Shown here: piece by piece, positions 1 through 15,000 of the stretch
Layout: each line of letters opens with the position of its first letter
How positions within the stretch are numbered: position 1 is the stretch's first letter
Source of the DNA: Eledone cirrhosa
Lineage: Eukaryota
NCBI GenBank assembly: GCA_964016885.1
Contig: CAXHJY010001633.1
Coordinates: 54,379-118,378 of the forward strand
Direction: 5' to 3'
DNA: 64,000 nt
Translations under genes and position numbers: made by a program
Notes under the pieces: model-generated
Databases searched by the model: none
Told to the model about the DNA's origin: nothing
What the model saw: the letters and a program-made list of their open reading frames with translations, nothing else

Positions 1-3000
1 AGGTGTTCGACTGACCATCAGAATGTTGTAGGTTCAATTGCTGGACTGGGTTGTGTGTTGTGTTCTGTGGAGGTGTGTGGCCTAGTGGTAAGGGTGTTGG
101 ACTGACCATCAGAATGTTGTATGTTCAATTGCTAGACTGGGTTGTGTGTTGTGTTCTGTGGAAGTGTGTGGCCTAGTGGTAAGGTTGTTGGATGGACCAT
201 CAGGATGTTGTAGGTTCTATTGCTAGACTGGGTTGTGTGTTGTGTTCTGTGGAGGTGTGTGGTCTAGTGGTAAGGGTGTTGGACTGATCATCAGAATGTT
301 GTAGGTTCATTTGCTGGACTGGGTTGTGTGTTGTGTTCTGTGGAGGTGTGTGGCCTAGTGGTAAGGGTGTTGGACTGACCATCAGAATGTTGTAGGTTCA
401 ATTGCTGGACTGGGTTGTGTGTTGTGTTCTGTGGAGGTGTGTGGCCTAGTGGTAAGGGTGTTGGACTGACCATCAGGATGTTGTAGGTTCAATTGCTGGA
501 CTGGGTTGTGCTCTGTGGAGGTGTGTGGCCTAGTGGTAAGGGTGTTGGATTGACCATCAGGATGTTGTATGTTCAATTGCTGGACTGGGTTGTGTGTTGT
601 GTTCTGTGGAGGTGTTTGGCCTAGTGGTAAGGGTGTTGGACTGACCATCAGAATGTTGTATGTTCAATTGCTAGACTGGGTTGTGTGTTGTGTTCTGTGG
701 AGGTGTTTGGCCTAGTGGTAAGGGTGTTGGACTGACCATCAGAATGTTGTATGTTCAATTGCTAGACTGGGTTGTGTGTTGTGTTCTGTGGAAGTGTGTG
801 GCCTAGTGGTAAGGGTGTTGGACTGACCATCAGAATGTTGTAGGTTCAATTGCTAGACTGGGTTGTGTGTTGTGTTCTGTGGAAGTGTGTGGCCTAGTGG
901 TAAGGGTGTTGGACTGACCATCAGAATGTTGTAGGTTCAATTGCTAGACTGGGTTGTGTGTTGTGTTCTGTGGAGGTGTGTGGCCGAGTGGTAAGGGTGT
1001 TGGACTGACCATCAGAATGTTGTAGGTTCAATTGCTAGACTGGGTTGTGTGTTGTGTTTTGTGGAGGTGTGTGGCCTAGTGGTAAGGGTGTTGGATTGAC
1101 CATCAGGATGTTGTAGGTTCAATTGCTGGACTGGGTTGTGTGTTGTGTTCTGTGGAGGCGTGTGGCCTAGTGGTAAGGGTGTTGGATTGACCATCAGGAT
1201 GTTGTAGGTTCAATTGCTGGACTGGGTTGTGTGTTGTGTTCTGTGGAGGTGTGTGGCCTAGTGGTAAGGGTGTTGGATTGACCATCAGGATGTTGTAGGT
1301 TCAATTGCTGGACTGGGTTGTGTGTTGTGTTCTGTGGAGGTGTGTGGCCTAGTGGTAAGGGTGTTGGATTGACCATCAGGATGTTGTAGGTTCAATTGCT
1401 GGACTGGGTTGTGTGTTGTGTTCTGTGGAGGCGTGTGGCCTAGTGGTAAGGGTGTTGGATTGACCATCAGGATGTTGTAGGTTCAATTGCTGGACTGGGT
1501 TGTGTGTTGTGTTCTGTGGAGGTGTGTGGCCGAGTGGTAAGGGTGTTGGACTGACCATCAGAATGTTGTATGTTCAATTGCTGGACTGGGTTGTGTGTTG
1601 TGTTCTGTGGAAGTGTGTGGCCTAGTGGTAAGGTTGTTGGATGGACCATCAGGATGTTGTAGGTTCTATTGCTAGACTGGGTTGTGTGTTGTGTTCTGTG
1701 GAGGTGTGTGGCCTAGTGGTAAGGGTGTTGGACTGACCATCAGGATGTTGTAGGTTCAATTGCTGGACTAGGTTGTGTGTTGTGTTCTGTTGAGGTGTGT
1801 GGCCTAGTGGTAAGGGTGTTGGACTGACCATCAGGATGTTGTAGGTTCAATTGCTGGACTGGGTTGTGTGTTGTGTTCTGTGGAGGTGTGTGGCCTAGTG
1901 GTAAGGGTGTTGGACTGACCATCAGAATGTTGTAGGTTCAATTGCTAGACTGGGTTGTGTGTTGTGTTCTGTGGAAGTGTGTGGCCTAGTGGTAAGGGTG
2001 TTGGACTGACCATCAGAATGTTGTAGGTTCAATTGCTAGACTGGGTTGTGTGTTGTGTTCTGTGGAGGTGTGTGGCCTAGTGGTAAAGGTGTTGGACTGA
2101 CCATCAGAATGTTGTAGGTTCAATTGCTAGACTGGGTTGTGTGTTGTGTTCTGTGGAAGTGTGTGGCCTAGTGGTAAGGGTGTTGGACTGACCATCAGAA
2201 TGTTGTATGTTCAATTGCTAGACTCGGTTGTGTGTTGTGTTCTGTGGAGGTGTGTGGCCTAGTGGTAAAGGTGTTGGACTGACCATCAGAATGTTGTAGG
2301 TTCAATTGCTAGACTGGGTTGTGTGTTGTGTTCTGTGGAGGTGTGTGGCCTAGTGGTAAAGGTGTTGGACTGACCATCAGAATGTTGTAGGTTCAATTGC
2401 TAGACTGGGTTGTGTGTTGTGTTCTGTGCAAGTGTGTGGCCTAGTGGTAAGGGTGTTGGACTGACCATCAGAATGTTGTAGGTTCAATTGCTGGACTGGG
2501 TTGTGTGTTGTGTTCTGTGGAGGTGTGTGGCCTAGTGGTAAGGGTGTTGGACTGACCATCAGGATGTTGTAGGTTCAATTGCTAGACTGTGTTGTGTTCT
2601 GTGGAGGTGTGTGGCCTAGTGGTAAGGGTGTTGGACTGACCATCAGGATGTTGTAGGTAAAATTGCTAGACTGGGTTGTGTTCTGTGGAGGTGTGTGGCC
2701 TAGTGGTAAGGGTGTTGGACTGACCATCAGAATGTTGTAGGTTCAATTGCTAGACTGTGTTGTGTTCTGTGGAGGTGTGTGGCCTAGTGGTAAGGGTGTT
2801 GGACTCACCATCAGGATGTTGTAGGTTCAATTGCTAGACTGGGTTGTGTTCTGTTGAGGTGTGTGGCCTAGTGGTAAGGGTGTTGGACTGACCATCAGAA
2901 TGTTGTAGGTTCAATTGCTAGACTGGGTTGTGTGTTGTGTTCTGTGCAGGTGTGTGGCCTAGTGGTAAAGGTGTTCGACTGACCATCAGAATGTTGTAGG

Positions 3001-6000
3001 TTCAATTGCTGGACTGGGTTGTGTGTTGTGTTCTGTGGAGGTGTGTGGCCTAGTGGTAAGGGTGTTGGACTGACCATCAGAATGTTGTATGTTCAATTGC
3101 TAGACTGGGTTGTGTGTTGTGTTCTGTGGAAGTGTGTGGCCTAGTGGTAAGGTTGTTGGATGGACCATCAGGATGTTGTAGGTTCTATTGCTAGACTGGG
3201 TTGTGTGTTGTGTTCTGTGGAGGTGTGTGGTCTAGTGGTAAGGGTGTTGGACTGATCATCAGAATGTTGTAGGTTCATTTGCTGGACTGGGTTGTGTGTT
3301 GTGTTCTGTGGAGGTGTGTGGCCTAGTGGTAAGGGTGTTGGACTGACCATCAGAATGTTGTAGGTTCATTTGCTGGACTGGGTTGTGTGTTGTGTTCTGT
3401 GGAGGTGTGTGGCCTAGTGGTAAGGGTGTTGGACTGACCATCAGGATGTTGTAGGTTCAATTGCTAGACTGGGTTGTGTGTTGTGTTCTGTGGAGGTGTG
3501 TGGCCTAGTGGTAAGGGTGTTGGACTGACCATCAGAATGTTGTAGGTTCAATTGCTAGACTGGGTTGTGTGTTGTGTTCTGTGGAGGTGTGTGGCCTAGT
3601 GGTAAGGGTGTTGGACTGACCATCAGAATGTTGTAGGTTCAATTGCTAGACTGGGTTGTGTGTTGTGTTCTGTGGAGGTGTGTGGTCTAGTGGTAAGGGT
3701 GTTGGACTGATCATCAGAATGTTGTAGGTTCATTTGCTGGACTGGGTTGTGTGTTGTGTTCTGTGGAGGTGTGTGGCCTAGTGGTAAGGGTGTTGGACTG
3801 ACCATCAGAATGTTGTAGGTTCATTTGCTGGACTGGGTTGTGTGTTGTGTTCTGTGGAGGTGTGTGGCCTAGTGGTAAGGGTGTTGGACTGACCATCAGG
3901 ATGTTGTAGGTTCAATTGCTGGACTGGGTTGTGTGTTGTGTTCTGTGGAGGTGTGTGGCCTAGTGGTAAGGGTGTTGGACTGACCATCAGGATGTTGTAG
4001 GTTCAATTACTGGACTGGGTTGTGTTCTCTGGAGGTGTGTCTCCTAGTGGTAAGGGTGTTGGACTGACCATCAGGATGTTGTAGGTTCAATTGCTGGACT
4101 GGGTTGTGTGTTGTGTTCTGTGGAGGTGTGTGGCCTAGTGGTAAGGGTGTTGGACTGACCATCAGGATGTTGTAGGTTCAATTGCTGGACTGGGTTGTGC
4201 TCTGTGGAGGTGTGTGGCCTAGTGGTAAGGGTGTTGGATTGACCATCAGGATGTTGTATGTTCAATTGCTGGACTGGGTTGTGTGTTGTGTTCTGTGGAG
4301 GTGTTTGGCCTAGTGGTAAGGGTGTTGGACTGACCATCAGAATGTTGTATGTTCAATTGCTAGACTGGGTTGTGTGTTGTGTTCTGTGGAGGTGTTTGGC
4401 CTAGTGGTAAGGGTGTTGGACTGACCATCAGAATGTTGTATGTTCAATTGCTAGACTGGGTTGTGTGTTGTGTTCTGTGGAAGTGTGTGGCCTAGTGGTA
4501 AGGGTGTTGGACTGACCATCAGAATGTTGTAGGTTCAATTGCTAGACTGGGTTGTGTGTTGTGTTCTGTGGAAGTGTGTGGCCTAGTGGTAAGGGTGTTG
4601 GACTGACCATCAGAATGTTGTAGGTTCAATTGCTAGACTGGGTTGTGTGTTGTGTTCTGTGGAGATGTGTGGCCGAGTGGTAAGGGTGTTGGACTGACCA
4701 TCAGAATGTTGTAGGTTCAATTGCTAGACTGGGTTGTGTGTTGTGTTTTGTGGAGGTGTGTGGCCTAGTGGTAAGGGTGTTGGATTGACCATCAGGATGT
4801 TGTAGGTTCAATTGCTGGACTGGGTTGTGTGTTGTGTTCTGTGGAGGCGTGTGGCCTAGTGGTAAGGGTGTTGGATTGACCATCAGGATGTTGTAGGTTC
4901 AATTGCTGGACTGGGTTGTGTGTTGTGTTCTGTGGAGGTGTGTGGCCTAGTGGTAAGGGTGTTGGATTGACCATCAGGATGTTGTAGGTTCAATTGCTGG
5001 ACTGGGTTGTGTGTTGTGTTCTGTGGAGGTGTGTGGCCTAGTGGTAAGGGTGTTGGATTGACCATCAGGATGTTGTAGGTTCAATTGCTGGACTGGGTTG
5101 TGTGTTGTGTTCTGTGGAGGCGTGTGGCCTAGTGGTAAGGGTGTTGGATTGACCATCAGGATGTTGTAGGTTCAATTGCTGGACTGGGTTGTGTGTTGTG
5201 TTCTGTGGAGGTGTGTGGCCGAGTGGTAAGGGTGTTGGACTGACCATCAGAATGTTGTATGTTCAATTGCTGGACTGGGTTGTGTGTTGTGTTCTGTGGA
5301 AGTGTGTGGCCTAGTGGTAAGGTTGTTGGATGGACCATCAGGATGTTGTAGGTTCTATTGCTAGACTGGGTTGTGTGTTGTGTTCTGTGGAGGTGTGTGG
5401 CCTAGTGGTAAGGGTGTTGGACTGACCATCAGGATGTTGTAGGTTCAATTGCTGGACTAGGTTGTGTGTTGTGTTCTGTTGAGGTGTGTGGCCTAGTGGT
5501 AAGGGTGTTGGACTGACCATCAGGATGTTGTAGGTTCAATTGCTGGACTGGGTTGTGTGTTGTGTTCTGTGGAGGTGTGTGGCCTAGTGGTAAGGGTGTT
5601 GGACTGACCATCAGAATGTTGTAGGTTCAATTGCTAGACTGGGTTGTGTGTTGTGTTCTGTGGAAGTGTGTGGCCTAGTGGTAAGGGTGTTGGACTGACC
5701 ATCAGAATGTTGTAGGTTCAATTGCTAGACTGGGTTGTGTGTTGTGTTCTGTGGAAGTGTGTGGCCTAGTGGTAAGGGTGTTGGACTGACCATCAGAATG
5801 TTGTATGTTCAATTGCTAGACTCGGTTGTGTGTTGTGTTCTGTGGAGGTGTGTGGCCTAGTGGTAAAGGTGTTGGACTGACCATCAGAATGTTGTAGGTT
5901 CAATTGCTAGACTGGGTTGTGTGTTGTGTTCTGTGGAGGTGTGTGGCCTAGTGGTAAAGGTGTTGGACTGACCATCAGAATGTTGTAGGTTCAATTGCTA

Positions 6001-9000
6001 GACTGGGTTGTGTGTTGTGTTCTGTGCAAGTGTGTGGCCTAGTGGTAAGGGTGTTGGACTGACCATCAGAATGTTGTAGGTTCAATTGCTGGACTGGGTT
6101 GTGTGTTGTGTTCTGTGGAGGTGTGTGGCCTAGTGGTAAGGGTGTTGGACTGACCATCAGGATGTTGTAGGTTCAATTGCTAGACTGTGTTGTGTTCTGT
6201 GGAGGTGTGTGGCCTAGTGGTAAGGGTGTTGGACTGACCATCAGGATGTTGTAGGTAAAATTGCTAGACTGGGTTGTGTTCTGTGGAGGTGTGTGGCCTA
6301 GTGGTAAGGGTGTTGGACTGACCATCAGAATGTTGTAGGTTCAATTGCTAGACTGTGTTGTGTTCTGTGGAGGTGTGTGGCCTAGTGGTAAGGGTGTTGG
6401 ACTCACCATCAGGATGTTGTAGGTTCAATTGCTAGACTGGGTTGTGTCCTGTTGAGGTGTGTGGCCTAGTGGTAAAGGTGTTGGACTGACCATCAGAATG
6501 TTGTAGGTTCAATTGCTAGACTGGGTTGTGTGTTGTGTTCTGTGCAGGTGTGTGGCCTAGTGGTAAAGGTGTTCGACTGACCATCAGAATGTTGTAGGTT
6601 CAATTGCTGGACTGGGTTGTGTGTTGTGTTCTGTGGAGGTGTGTGGCCTAGTGGTAAGGGTGTTGGACTGACCATCAGAATGTTGTATGTTCAATTGCTA
6701 GACTGGGTTGTGTGTTGTGTTCTGTGGAAGTGTGTGGCCTAGTGGTAAGGTTGTTGGATGGACCATCAGGATGTTGTAGGTTCTATTGCTAGACTGTGTT
6801 GTGTGTTGTGTTCTGTGGAGGTGTGTGGCCTAGTGGTAAGGGTGTTGGACTGACCATCAGGACGTTGTAGGTTCTATTGCTAGACTGGGTTGTGTGTTGT
6901 GTTCTGTGGAAGTGTGTGGCCTAGTGGTAAGGGTGTTGGACTGACCATCAGAATGTTGTAGGTTCAATTGCTAGACTGGGTTGTGTGTTGTGTTCTGTGG
7001 AAGTGTGTGGCCTAGTGGTAAGGGTGTTGGACTGACCATCAGAATGTTGTAGGTTCAATTGCTAGACTGGATTGTGTGTTGTGTTCTGTGGAGGTGTGTG
7101 GCCTAGTGGTAAAGGTGTTGGACTGACCATCAGAATGTTGTAGGTTCAATTGCTAGACTGGGTTGTGTGTTGTGTTCTGTGGAAGTGTGTGGCCTAGTGG
7201 TAAGATTGTTGGACTGACCATCAGAATGTTGTATGTTCAATTGCTAGACTGGGTTGTGTGTTGTGTTCTGTGGAGGTGTGTGGCCTAGTGGTAAGGGTGT
7301 TGGACTGACCATCAGAATGTTGTAGGTTCAATTGCTAGACTGGGTTGTGTGTTGTGTTCTGTGGAGGTGTGTGGCCTAGTGGTAAAGGTGTTGGACTGAC
7401 CATCAGAATGTTGTAGGTTCAATTGCTAGACTGGGTTGTGTGTTGTGTTCTGTGCAAGTGTGTGGCCTAGTGGTAAGGGTGTTGGACTGACCATCAGAAT
7501 GTTGTAGGTTCAATTGCTGGACTGGGTTGTGTGTTGTGTTCTGTGGAGGTGTGTGGCCTAGTGGTAAGGGTGTTGGACTGACCATCAGGATGTTGTAGGT
7601 TCAATTGCTGGACTGGGTTGTGCTCTGTGGAGGTGTGTGGCCTAGTGGTAAGGGTGTTGGATTGACCATCAGGATGTTGTATGTTCAATTGCTGGACTGG
7701 GTTGTGTGTTGTGTTCTGTGGAGGTGTTTGGCCTAGTGGTAAGGGTGTTGGACTGACCATCAGAATGTTGTATGTTCAATTGCTAGACTGGGTTGTGTGT
7801 TGTGTTCTGTGGAGGTGTTTGGCCTAGTGGTAAGGGTGTTGGACTGACCATCAGAATGTTGTATGTTCAATTGCTAGACTGGGTTGTGTGTTGTGTTCTG
7901 TGGAAGTGTGTGGCCTAGTGGTAAGGGTGTTGGACTGACCATCAGAATGTTGTAGGTTCAATTGCTAGACTGGGTTGTGTGTTGTGTTCTGTGGAAGTGT
8001 GTGGCCTAGTGGTAAGGGTGTTGGACTGACCATCAGAATGTTGTAGGTTCAATTGCTAGACTGGGTTGTGTGTTGTGTTCTGTGGAGGTGTGTGGCCGAG
8101 TGGTAAGGGTGTTGGACTGACCATCAGAATGTTGTAGGTTCAATTGCTAGACTGGGTTGTGTGTTGTGTTTTGTGGAGGTGTGTGGCCTAGTGGTAAGGG
8201 TGTTGGATTGACCATCAGGATGTTGTAGGTTCAATTGCTGGACTGGGTTGTGTGTTGTGTTCTGTGGAGGCGTGTGGCCTAGTGGTAAGGGTGTTGGATT
8301 GACCATCAGGATGTTGTAGGTTCAATTGCTGGACTGGGTTGTGTGTTGTGTTCTGTGGAGGTGTGTGGCCTAGTGGTAAGGGTGTTGGATTGACCATCAG
8401 GATGTTGTAGGTTCAATTGCTGGACTGGGTTGTGTGTTGTGTTGTGTGGAGGTGTGTGGCCTAGTGGTAAGGGTGTTGGATTGACCATCAGGATGTTGTA
8501 GGTTCAATTGCTTGACTGGGTTGTGTGTTGTGTTCTGTGGAGGCGTGTGGCCTAGTGGTAAGGGTGTTGGATTGACCATCAGGATGTTGTAGGTTCAATT
8601 GCTGGACTGGGTTGTGTGTTGTGTTCTGTGGAGGTGTGTGGCCGAGTGGTAAGGGTGTTGGACTGACCATCAGAATGTTGTATGTTCAATTGCTGGACTG
8701 GGTTGTGTGTTGTGTTCTGTGGAAGTGTGTGGCCTAGTGGTAAGGTTGTTGGATGGACCATCAGGATGTTGTAGGTTCTATTGCTAGACTGGGTTGTGTG
8801 TTGTGTTCTGTGGAGGTGTGTGGCCTAGTGGTAAGGGTGTTGGACTGACCATCAGGATGTTGTAGGTTCAATTGCTGGACTGGGTTGTGTGTTGTGTTCT
8901 GTGGAGGTGTGTGGCCTAGTGGTAAGGGTGTTGGACTGACCATCAGGATGTTGTAGGTTCTATTGCTAGACTGTGTTGTGTGTTGTGTTCTGTGGAGGTG

Positions 9001-12000
9001 TGTGGCCTAGTGGTAAGGGTGTTGGACTGACCATCAGGACGTTGTAGGTTCTATTGCTAGACTGGGTTGTGTGTTGTGTTCTGTGGAAGTGTGTGGCCTA
9101 GTGGTAAGGGTGTTGGACTGACCATCAGAATGTTGTAGGTTCAATTGCTAGACTGGGTTGTGTGTTGTGTTCTGTGGAAGTGTGTGGCCTAGTGGTAAGG
9201 GTGTTGGACTGACCATCAGAATGTTGTAGGTTCAATTGCTAGACTGGATTGTGTGTTGTGTTCTGTGGAGGTGTGTGGCCTAGTGGTAAAGGTGTTGGAC
9301 TGACCATCAGAATGTTGTAGGTTCAATTGCTAGACTGGGTTGTGTGTTGTCTTCTGTGGAAGTGTGTGGCCTAGTGGTAAGGGTGTTGGACTGACCATCA
9401 GAATGTTGTATGTTCAATTGCTAGACTGGGTTGTGTGTTGTGTTCTGTGGAGGTGTGTGGCCTAGTGGTAAGGGTGTTGGACTGACCATCAGAATGTTGT
9501 AGGTTCAATTGCTAGACTGGGTTGTGTGTTGTGTTCTGTGGAGGTGTGTGGCCTAGTGGTAAAGGTGTTGGACTGACCATCAGAATGTTGTAGGTTCAAT
9601 TGCTAGACTGGGTTGTGTGTTGTGTTCTGTGCAAGTGTGTGGCCTAGTGGTAAGGGTGTTGGACTGACCATCAGAATGTTGTAGGTTCAATTGCTGGACT
9701 GGGTTGTGTGTTGTGTTCTGTGGAGGTGTGTGGCCTAGTGGTAAGGGTGTTGGACTGACCATCAGGATGTTGTAGGTTCAATTGCTGGACTGGGTTGTGT
9801 GTTGTGTTCTGTGGAGGTGTGTGGCCTAGTGGTAAGGGTGTTGGACTGACCATCAGGATGTTGTAGGTTCTATTGCTAGACTGTGTTGTGTTCTGTGGAG
9901 GTGTGTGGCCTAGTGGTAAGGGTGTTGGATGGACCATCAGGATGTTGTAGGTTCTATTGCTAGACTGGGTTGTGTGTTGTGTTCTGTGGAGGTGTGTGGC
10001 CTAGTGGTAAGGGTGTTGGACTGACCATCAGGATGTTGTAGGTTCAATTGCTGGACTGGGTTGTGTGTTGTGTTCTGTGGAGGTGTGTGGCCTAGTGGTA
10101 AGGGTGTTGGACTGACCATCAGGATGTTGTAGGTTCTATTGCTAGACTGTGTTGTGTGTTGTGTTCTGTGGAGGTGTGTGGCCTAGTGGTAAGGGTGTTG
10201 GACTGACCATCAGGACGTTGTAGGTTCTATTGCTAGACTGGGTTGTGTGTTGTGTTCTGTGGAAGTGTGTGGCCTAGTGGTAAGGGTGTTGGACTGACCA
10301 TCAGAATGTTGTAGGTTCAATTGCTAGACTGGGTTGTGTGTTGTGTTCTGTGGAAGTGTGTGGCCTAGTGGTAAGGGTGTTGGACTGACCATCAGAATGT
10401 TGTAGGTTCAATTGCTAGACTGGATTGTGTGTTGTGTTCTGTGGAGGTGTGTGGCCTAGTGGTAAAGGTGTTGGACTGACCATCAGAATGTTGTAGGTTC
10501 AATTGCTAGACTGGGTTGTGTGTTGTGTTCTGTGGAAGTGTGTGGCCTAGTGGTAAGGGTGTTGGACTGACCATCAGAATGTTGTATGTTCAATTGCTAG
10601 ACTGGGTTGTGTGTTGTGTTCTGTGGAGGTGTGTGGCCTAGTGGTAAGGGTGTTGGACTGACCATCAGAATGTTGTAGGTTTAATTGCTAGACTGGGTTG
10701 TGTGTTGTGTTCTGTGGAGGTGTGTGGCCTAGTGGTAAAGGTGTTGGACTGACCATCAGAATGTTGTAGGTTCAATTGCTAGACTGGGTTGTGTGTTGTG
10801 TTCTGTGCAAGTGTGTGGCCTAGTGGTAAGGGTGTTGGACTGACCATCAGAATGTTGTAGGTTCAATTGCTGGACTGGGTTGTGTGTTGTGTTCTATGGA
10901 GGTGTGTGGCCTAGTGGTAAGGGTGTTGGACTGACCATCAGGATGTTGTAGGTTCAATTGCTAGACTGTGTTGTGTTCTGTGGAGGTGTGTGGCCTAGTG
11001 GTAAGGGTGTTGGACTGACCATCAGGATGTTGTAGGTTCAATTGCTAGACTGGGTTGTGTTCTGTGGAGGTGTGTGGCCTAGTGGTAAGGGTGTTGGACT
11101 GACCATCAGAATGTTGTAGGTTCAATTGCTAGACTGTGTTGTGTTCTGTGGAGGTGTGTGGCCTAGTGGTAAGGGTGTTGGACTCACCATCAGGATGTTG
11201 TAGGTTCAATTGCTAGACTGGGTTGTGTTCTGTTGAGGTGTGTGGCCTAGTGGTAAGGGTGTTGGACTGACCATCAGAATGTTGTAGGTTCAATTGCTAG
11301 ACTGGCTTGTGTGTTGTGTTCTGTGCAGGTGTGTGGCCTAGTGGTAAAGGTGTTCGACTGACCATCAGAATGTTGTAGGTTCAATTGCTGGACTGGGTTG
11401 TGTGTTGTGTTCTGTGGAGGTGTGTGGCCTAGTGGTAAGGGTGTTGTTCTGACCATCAGGATGTTGTAGGTTCAATTGCTAGACTGGGTTGTGTGTTGTG
11501 TTCTGTGGAGGTGTGTGGCCTAGTGGTAAGGGTGTTGGATTGACCATCAGGATGTTGTAGGTTCAATTGCTGGACTGGGTTGTGTGTTGTGTTCTGTGGA
11601 GGTGTGTGGCCGAGTGGTAAGGGTGTTGGATTGACCATCAGTATGTTGTAGGTTCAATTGCTGGACTGGGTTGTGTCTTGTGTTCTGTGGAGGTGTGTGG
11701 CCTAGTGGTAAGGGTGTTGGACTGACCATCAGAATGTTGTATGTTCAATTGCTAGACTGGGTTGTGTGTTGTGTTCTGTGGAAGTGTGTGGCCTAGTGGT
11801 AAGGGTGTTGGACTGACCATCAGAATGTTGTAGGTTCAATTGCTGGACTGGGTTGTGTGTTGTGTTCTGTGGAGGTGTGTGGCCGAGTGGTAAGGGTGTT
11901 GGATTGACCATCAGTATGTTGTAGGTTCAATTGCTGGACTGGGTTGTGTGTTGTGTTCTGTGGAGGTGTGTGGCCTAGTGGTAAGGGTGTTGGATTGACC

Positions 12001-15000
12001 ATCAGGATGTTGTAGGTTCAATTGCTGGACTGGGTTGTGTTCTGTGGAGGTGTGTGGCCTAGTGGTAAGGGTGTTGGATTGACCATCAGGATGTTGTAGG
12101 TTCAATTGCTGGACTGGGTTGTGTTCTGTGGAGGTGTGTGGCCTAGTGGTAAGGGTGTTGGACTGACCATCAAGATGTTGTAGGTTCAATTGCTGGACTG
12201 GGTTGTGTTCTGTGGAGGTGTGTGGCCTAGTGGTAAGGGTGTTGGACTGACCATCAGAATGTTGTATGTTCAAATGCTAGACTGGGTTGTGTGTTGTGTT
12301 CTGTGGAAGTGTGTGGCCTAGTGGTAAGGGTGTTGGATGGACCATCAGGATGTTGTAGGTTCAATTGCTGGACTGGGTTGTGTTCTGTGGAGGTGTGTGG
12401 CCTAGTGGTAAGGGTGTTGGACTGACCATCAGAATGTTGTATGTTCAAATGCTAGACTGGGTTGTGTGTTGTGTTCTGTGGAAGTGTGTGGCCTAGTGGT
12501 AAGGGTGTTGGATGGACCATCAGGATGTTGTAGGTTCTATTGCTAGACTGGGTTGTGTGTTGTGTTCTGTGGAGGTGTGTGGCCTAGTGGTAAGGGTGTT
12601 GGACTGACCATCAGGATGTTGTAGGTTCAATTGCTGGACTGGGTTGTGTGTTGTGTTCTGTGGAGGTGTGTGGCCTAGTGGTAAGGGTGTTGGACTGACC
12701 ATCAGGATGTTGTAGGTTCTATTGCTAGACTGTGTTGTGTGTTGTGTTCTGTGGAGGTGTGTGGCCTAGTGGTAAGGGTGTTGGACTGACCATCAGGACG
12801 TTGTAGGTTCTATTGCTAGCCTGGGTTGTGTGTTGTGTTCTGTGGAAGTGTGTGGCCTAGTGGTAAGGGTGTTGGACTGACCATCAGAATGTTGTAGGTT
12901 CAATTGCTAGACTGGGTTGTGTGTTGTGTTCTGTGGAAGTGTGTGGCCTAGTGGTAAGGGTGTTGGACTGACCATCAGAATGTTGTAGGTTCAATTGCTA
13001 GACTGGATTGTGTGTTGTGTTCTGTGGAGGTGTGTGGCCTAGTGGTAAAGGTGTTGGACTGACCATCAGAATGTTGTAGGTTCAATTGCTAGACTGGGTT
13101 GTGTGTTGTGTTCTGTGCAAGTGTGTGGCCTAGTGGTAAGGGTGTTGGACTGACCATCAGAATGTTGTAGGTTCAATTGCTGGACTGGGTTGTGTGTTGT
13201 GTTCTGTGGAGGTGTGTGGCCTAGTGGTAAGGGTGTTGGACTGACCATCAGGATGTTGTAGGTTCAATTGCTAGACTGTGTTGTGTTCTGTGGAGGTGTG
13301 TGGCCTAGTGGTAAGGGTGTTGGACTCACCATTAGGATGTTGTAGGTTCAATTGCTAGACTGGGTTGTGTTCTGTGGAGGTGTGTGGCCTAGTGGTAAGG
13401 GTGTTGGACTGACCATCAGAATGTTGTAGGTTCAATTGCTAGACTGGGTTGTGTGTTGTGTTCTGTGCAGGTGTGTGGCCTAGTGGTAAAGGTGTTGGAC
13501 TGACCATCAGAATGTTGTAGGTTCAATTGCTGGACTGGGTTGTGTGTTGTGTTCTGTGGAGGTGTGTGGCCTAGTGGTAAGGGTGTTGTTCTGACCATCA
13601 GGATGTTGTAGGTTCAATTGCTAGACTGGGTTGTGTGTTGTGTTCTGTGGAGGTGTGTGGCCTAGTGGTAAGGGTGTTGGACTGACCATCAGGATGTTGT
13701 AGGTTCAATTGCTAGACTGGGTTGTGTTCTGTGGAAGTGTGTGGCCTAGTGGTAAGGGTGTTGGACTGACCATCAGAATGTTGTAGGTTCAATTGCTAGA
13801 CTGGGTTGTGTGTTGTGTTCTGTGGAGGTGTGTGGCCTAGTGGTAAGGGTGTTGGACTGACCATCAGGATGTTGTAGGTTCAATTGCTAGACTGGGTTGT
13901 GTTCTGTGGAGGTGTGTGGCCTAGTGGTAAGGGTGTTGGACTGACCATCAGAATGTTGTGGGTTCAATTGCTAGACTGGGTTGTGTGTTGTGTTCTGTGG
14001 AGGTGTGTGGCCTAGTGGTAAGGGTGTTGGACTGACCATCAGGATGTTGTAGGTTCAATTGCTAGACTGGGTTGTGTTCTGTGGAGGTGTGTGGCCTAGT
14101 GGTAAGGGTGTTGGACTGACCATCAGGATGTTGTAGGTTCAATTACTAGACTGTGTTGTGTTCTGTGGAGGTGTGTGGCCTAGTGGTAAGGGTGTTGGAC
14201 TGACCATCAGGATGTTGTAGGTTCAATTGCTAGACTGGGTTGTGTATTGTGTTCTGTGGAAGTGTGTGGCCTAGTGGTAAGGGTGTTGGACTGACCATCA
14301 GGATGTTGTAGGTTCAATTGCTGGACTGGGTTGTGTTCTGTGGAGGTGTGTGGACTAGTGGTAAGGGTGTTGGACTGACCATCAGGATGTTGTAGGTTCA
14401 ATTGCTAGACTGGGTTGTGTGTTGTGTTCTGTGGAAGTGTATGGCCTAGTGGTAAGGGTGTTGGACTGACCATCAGAATGTTGTAGGTTCAATTGCTAGA
14501 CTGGGTTGTGTGTTGTGTTCTGTGGAAGTGTGTGGTCTAGTGGTAAGGGTGTTGGACTGACCATCAGAATGTTGTAGGTTCAATTGCTAGACTGGGTTGT
14601 GTGTCGTGTTCTGTGGAGGTGTGTGGCCTAGTGGTAAGGGTGTTGGACTGATCACCAGGATGTTGTAGGTTTAATTGCTGGACTGGGTTGTGTGTTGTGT
14701 TCTGTGGAGGTGTGTGGCCTAGTGGTAAGGGTGTTGGACTGACCATCAGAATATTGTAGGTTCAATTGCTAGACTGGGTTGTGTTGTGTTCTGTGGAGGT
14801 GTGTGGCCTAGTGGTAAGGGTGTTGGACTGACCATCAGGATGTTGTAGGTTCTATTGCTAGACTGGGTTGTGTGTTGTGTTCTGTGGAGGTGTGTGGCCT
14901 AGTGGTAAGGGTGTTGGACTGACCATCAGAATGTTGTAGGTTCTATTGCTAGACTGGGTTGTGTGTTGTGTTCTGTGGAGGTGTGTGGCCTAGTCGTAAG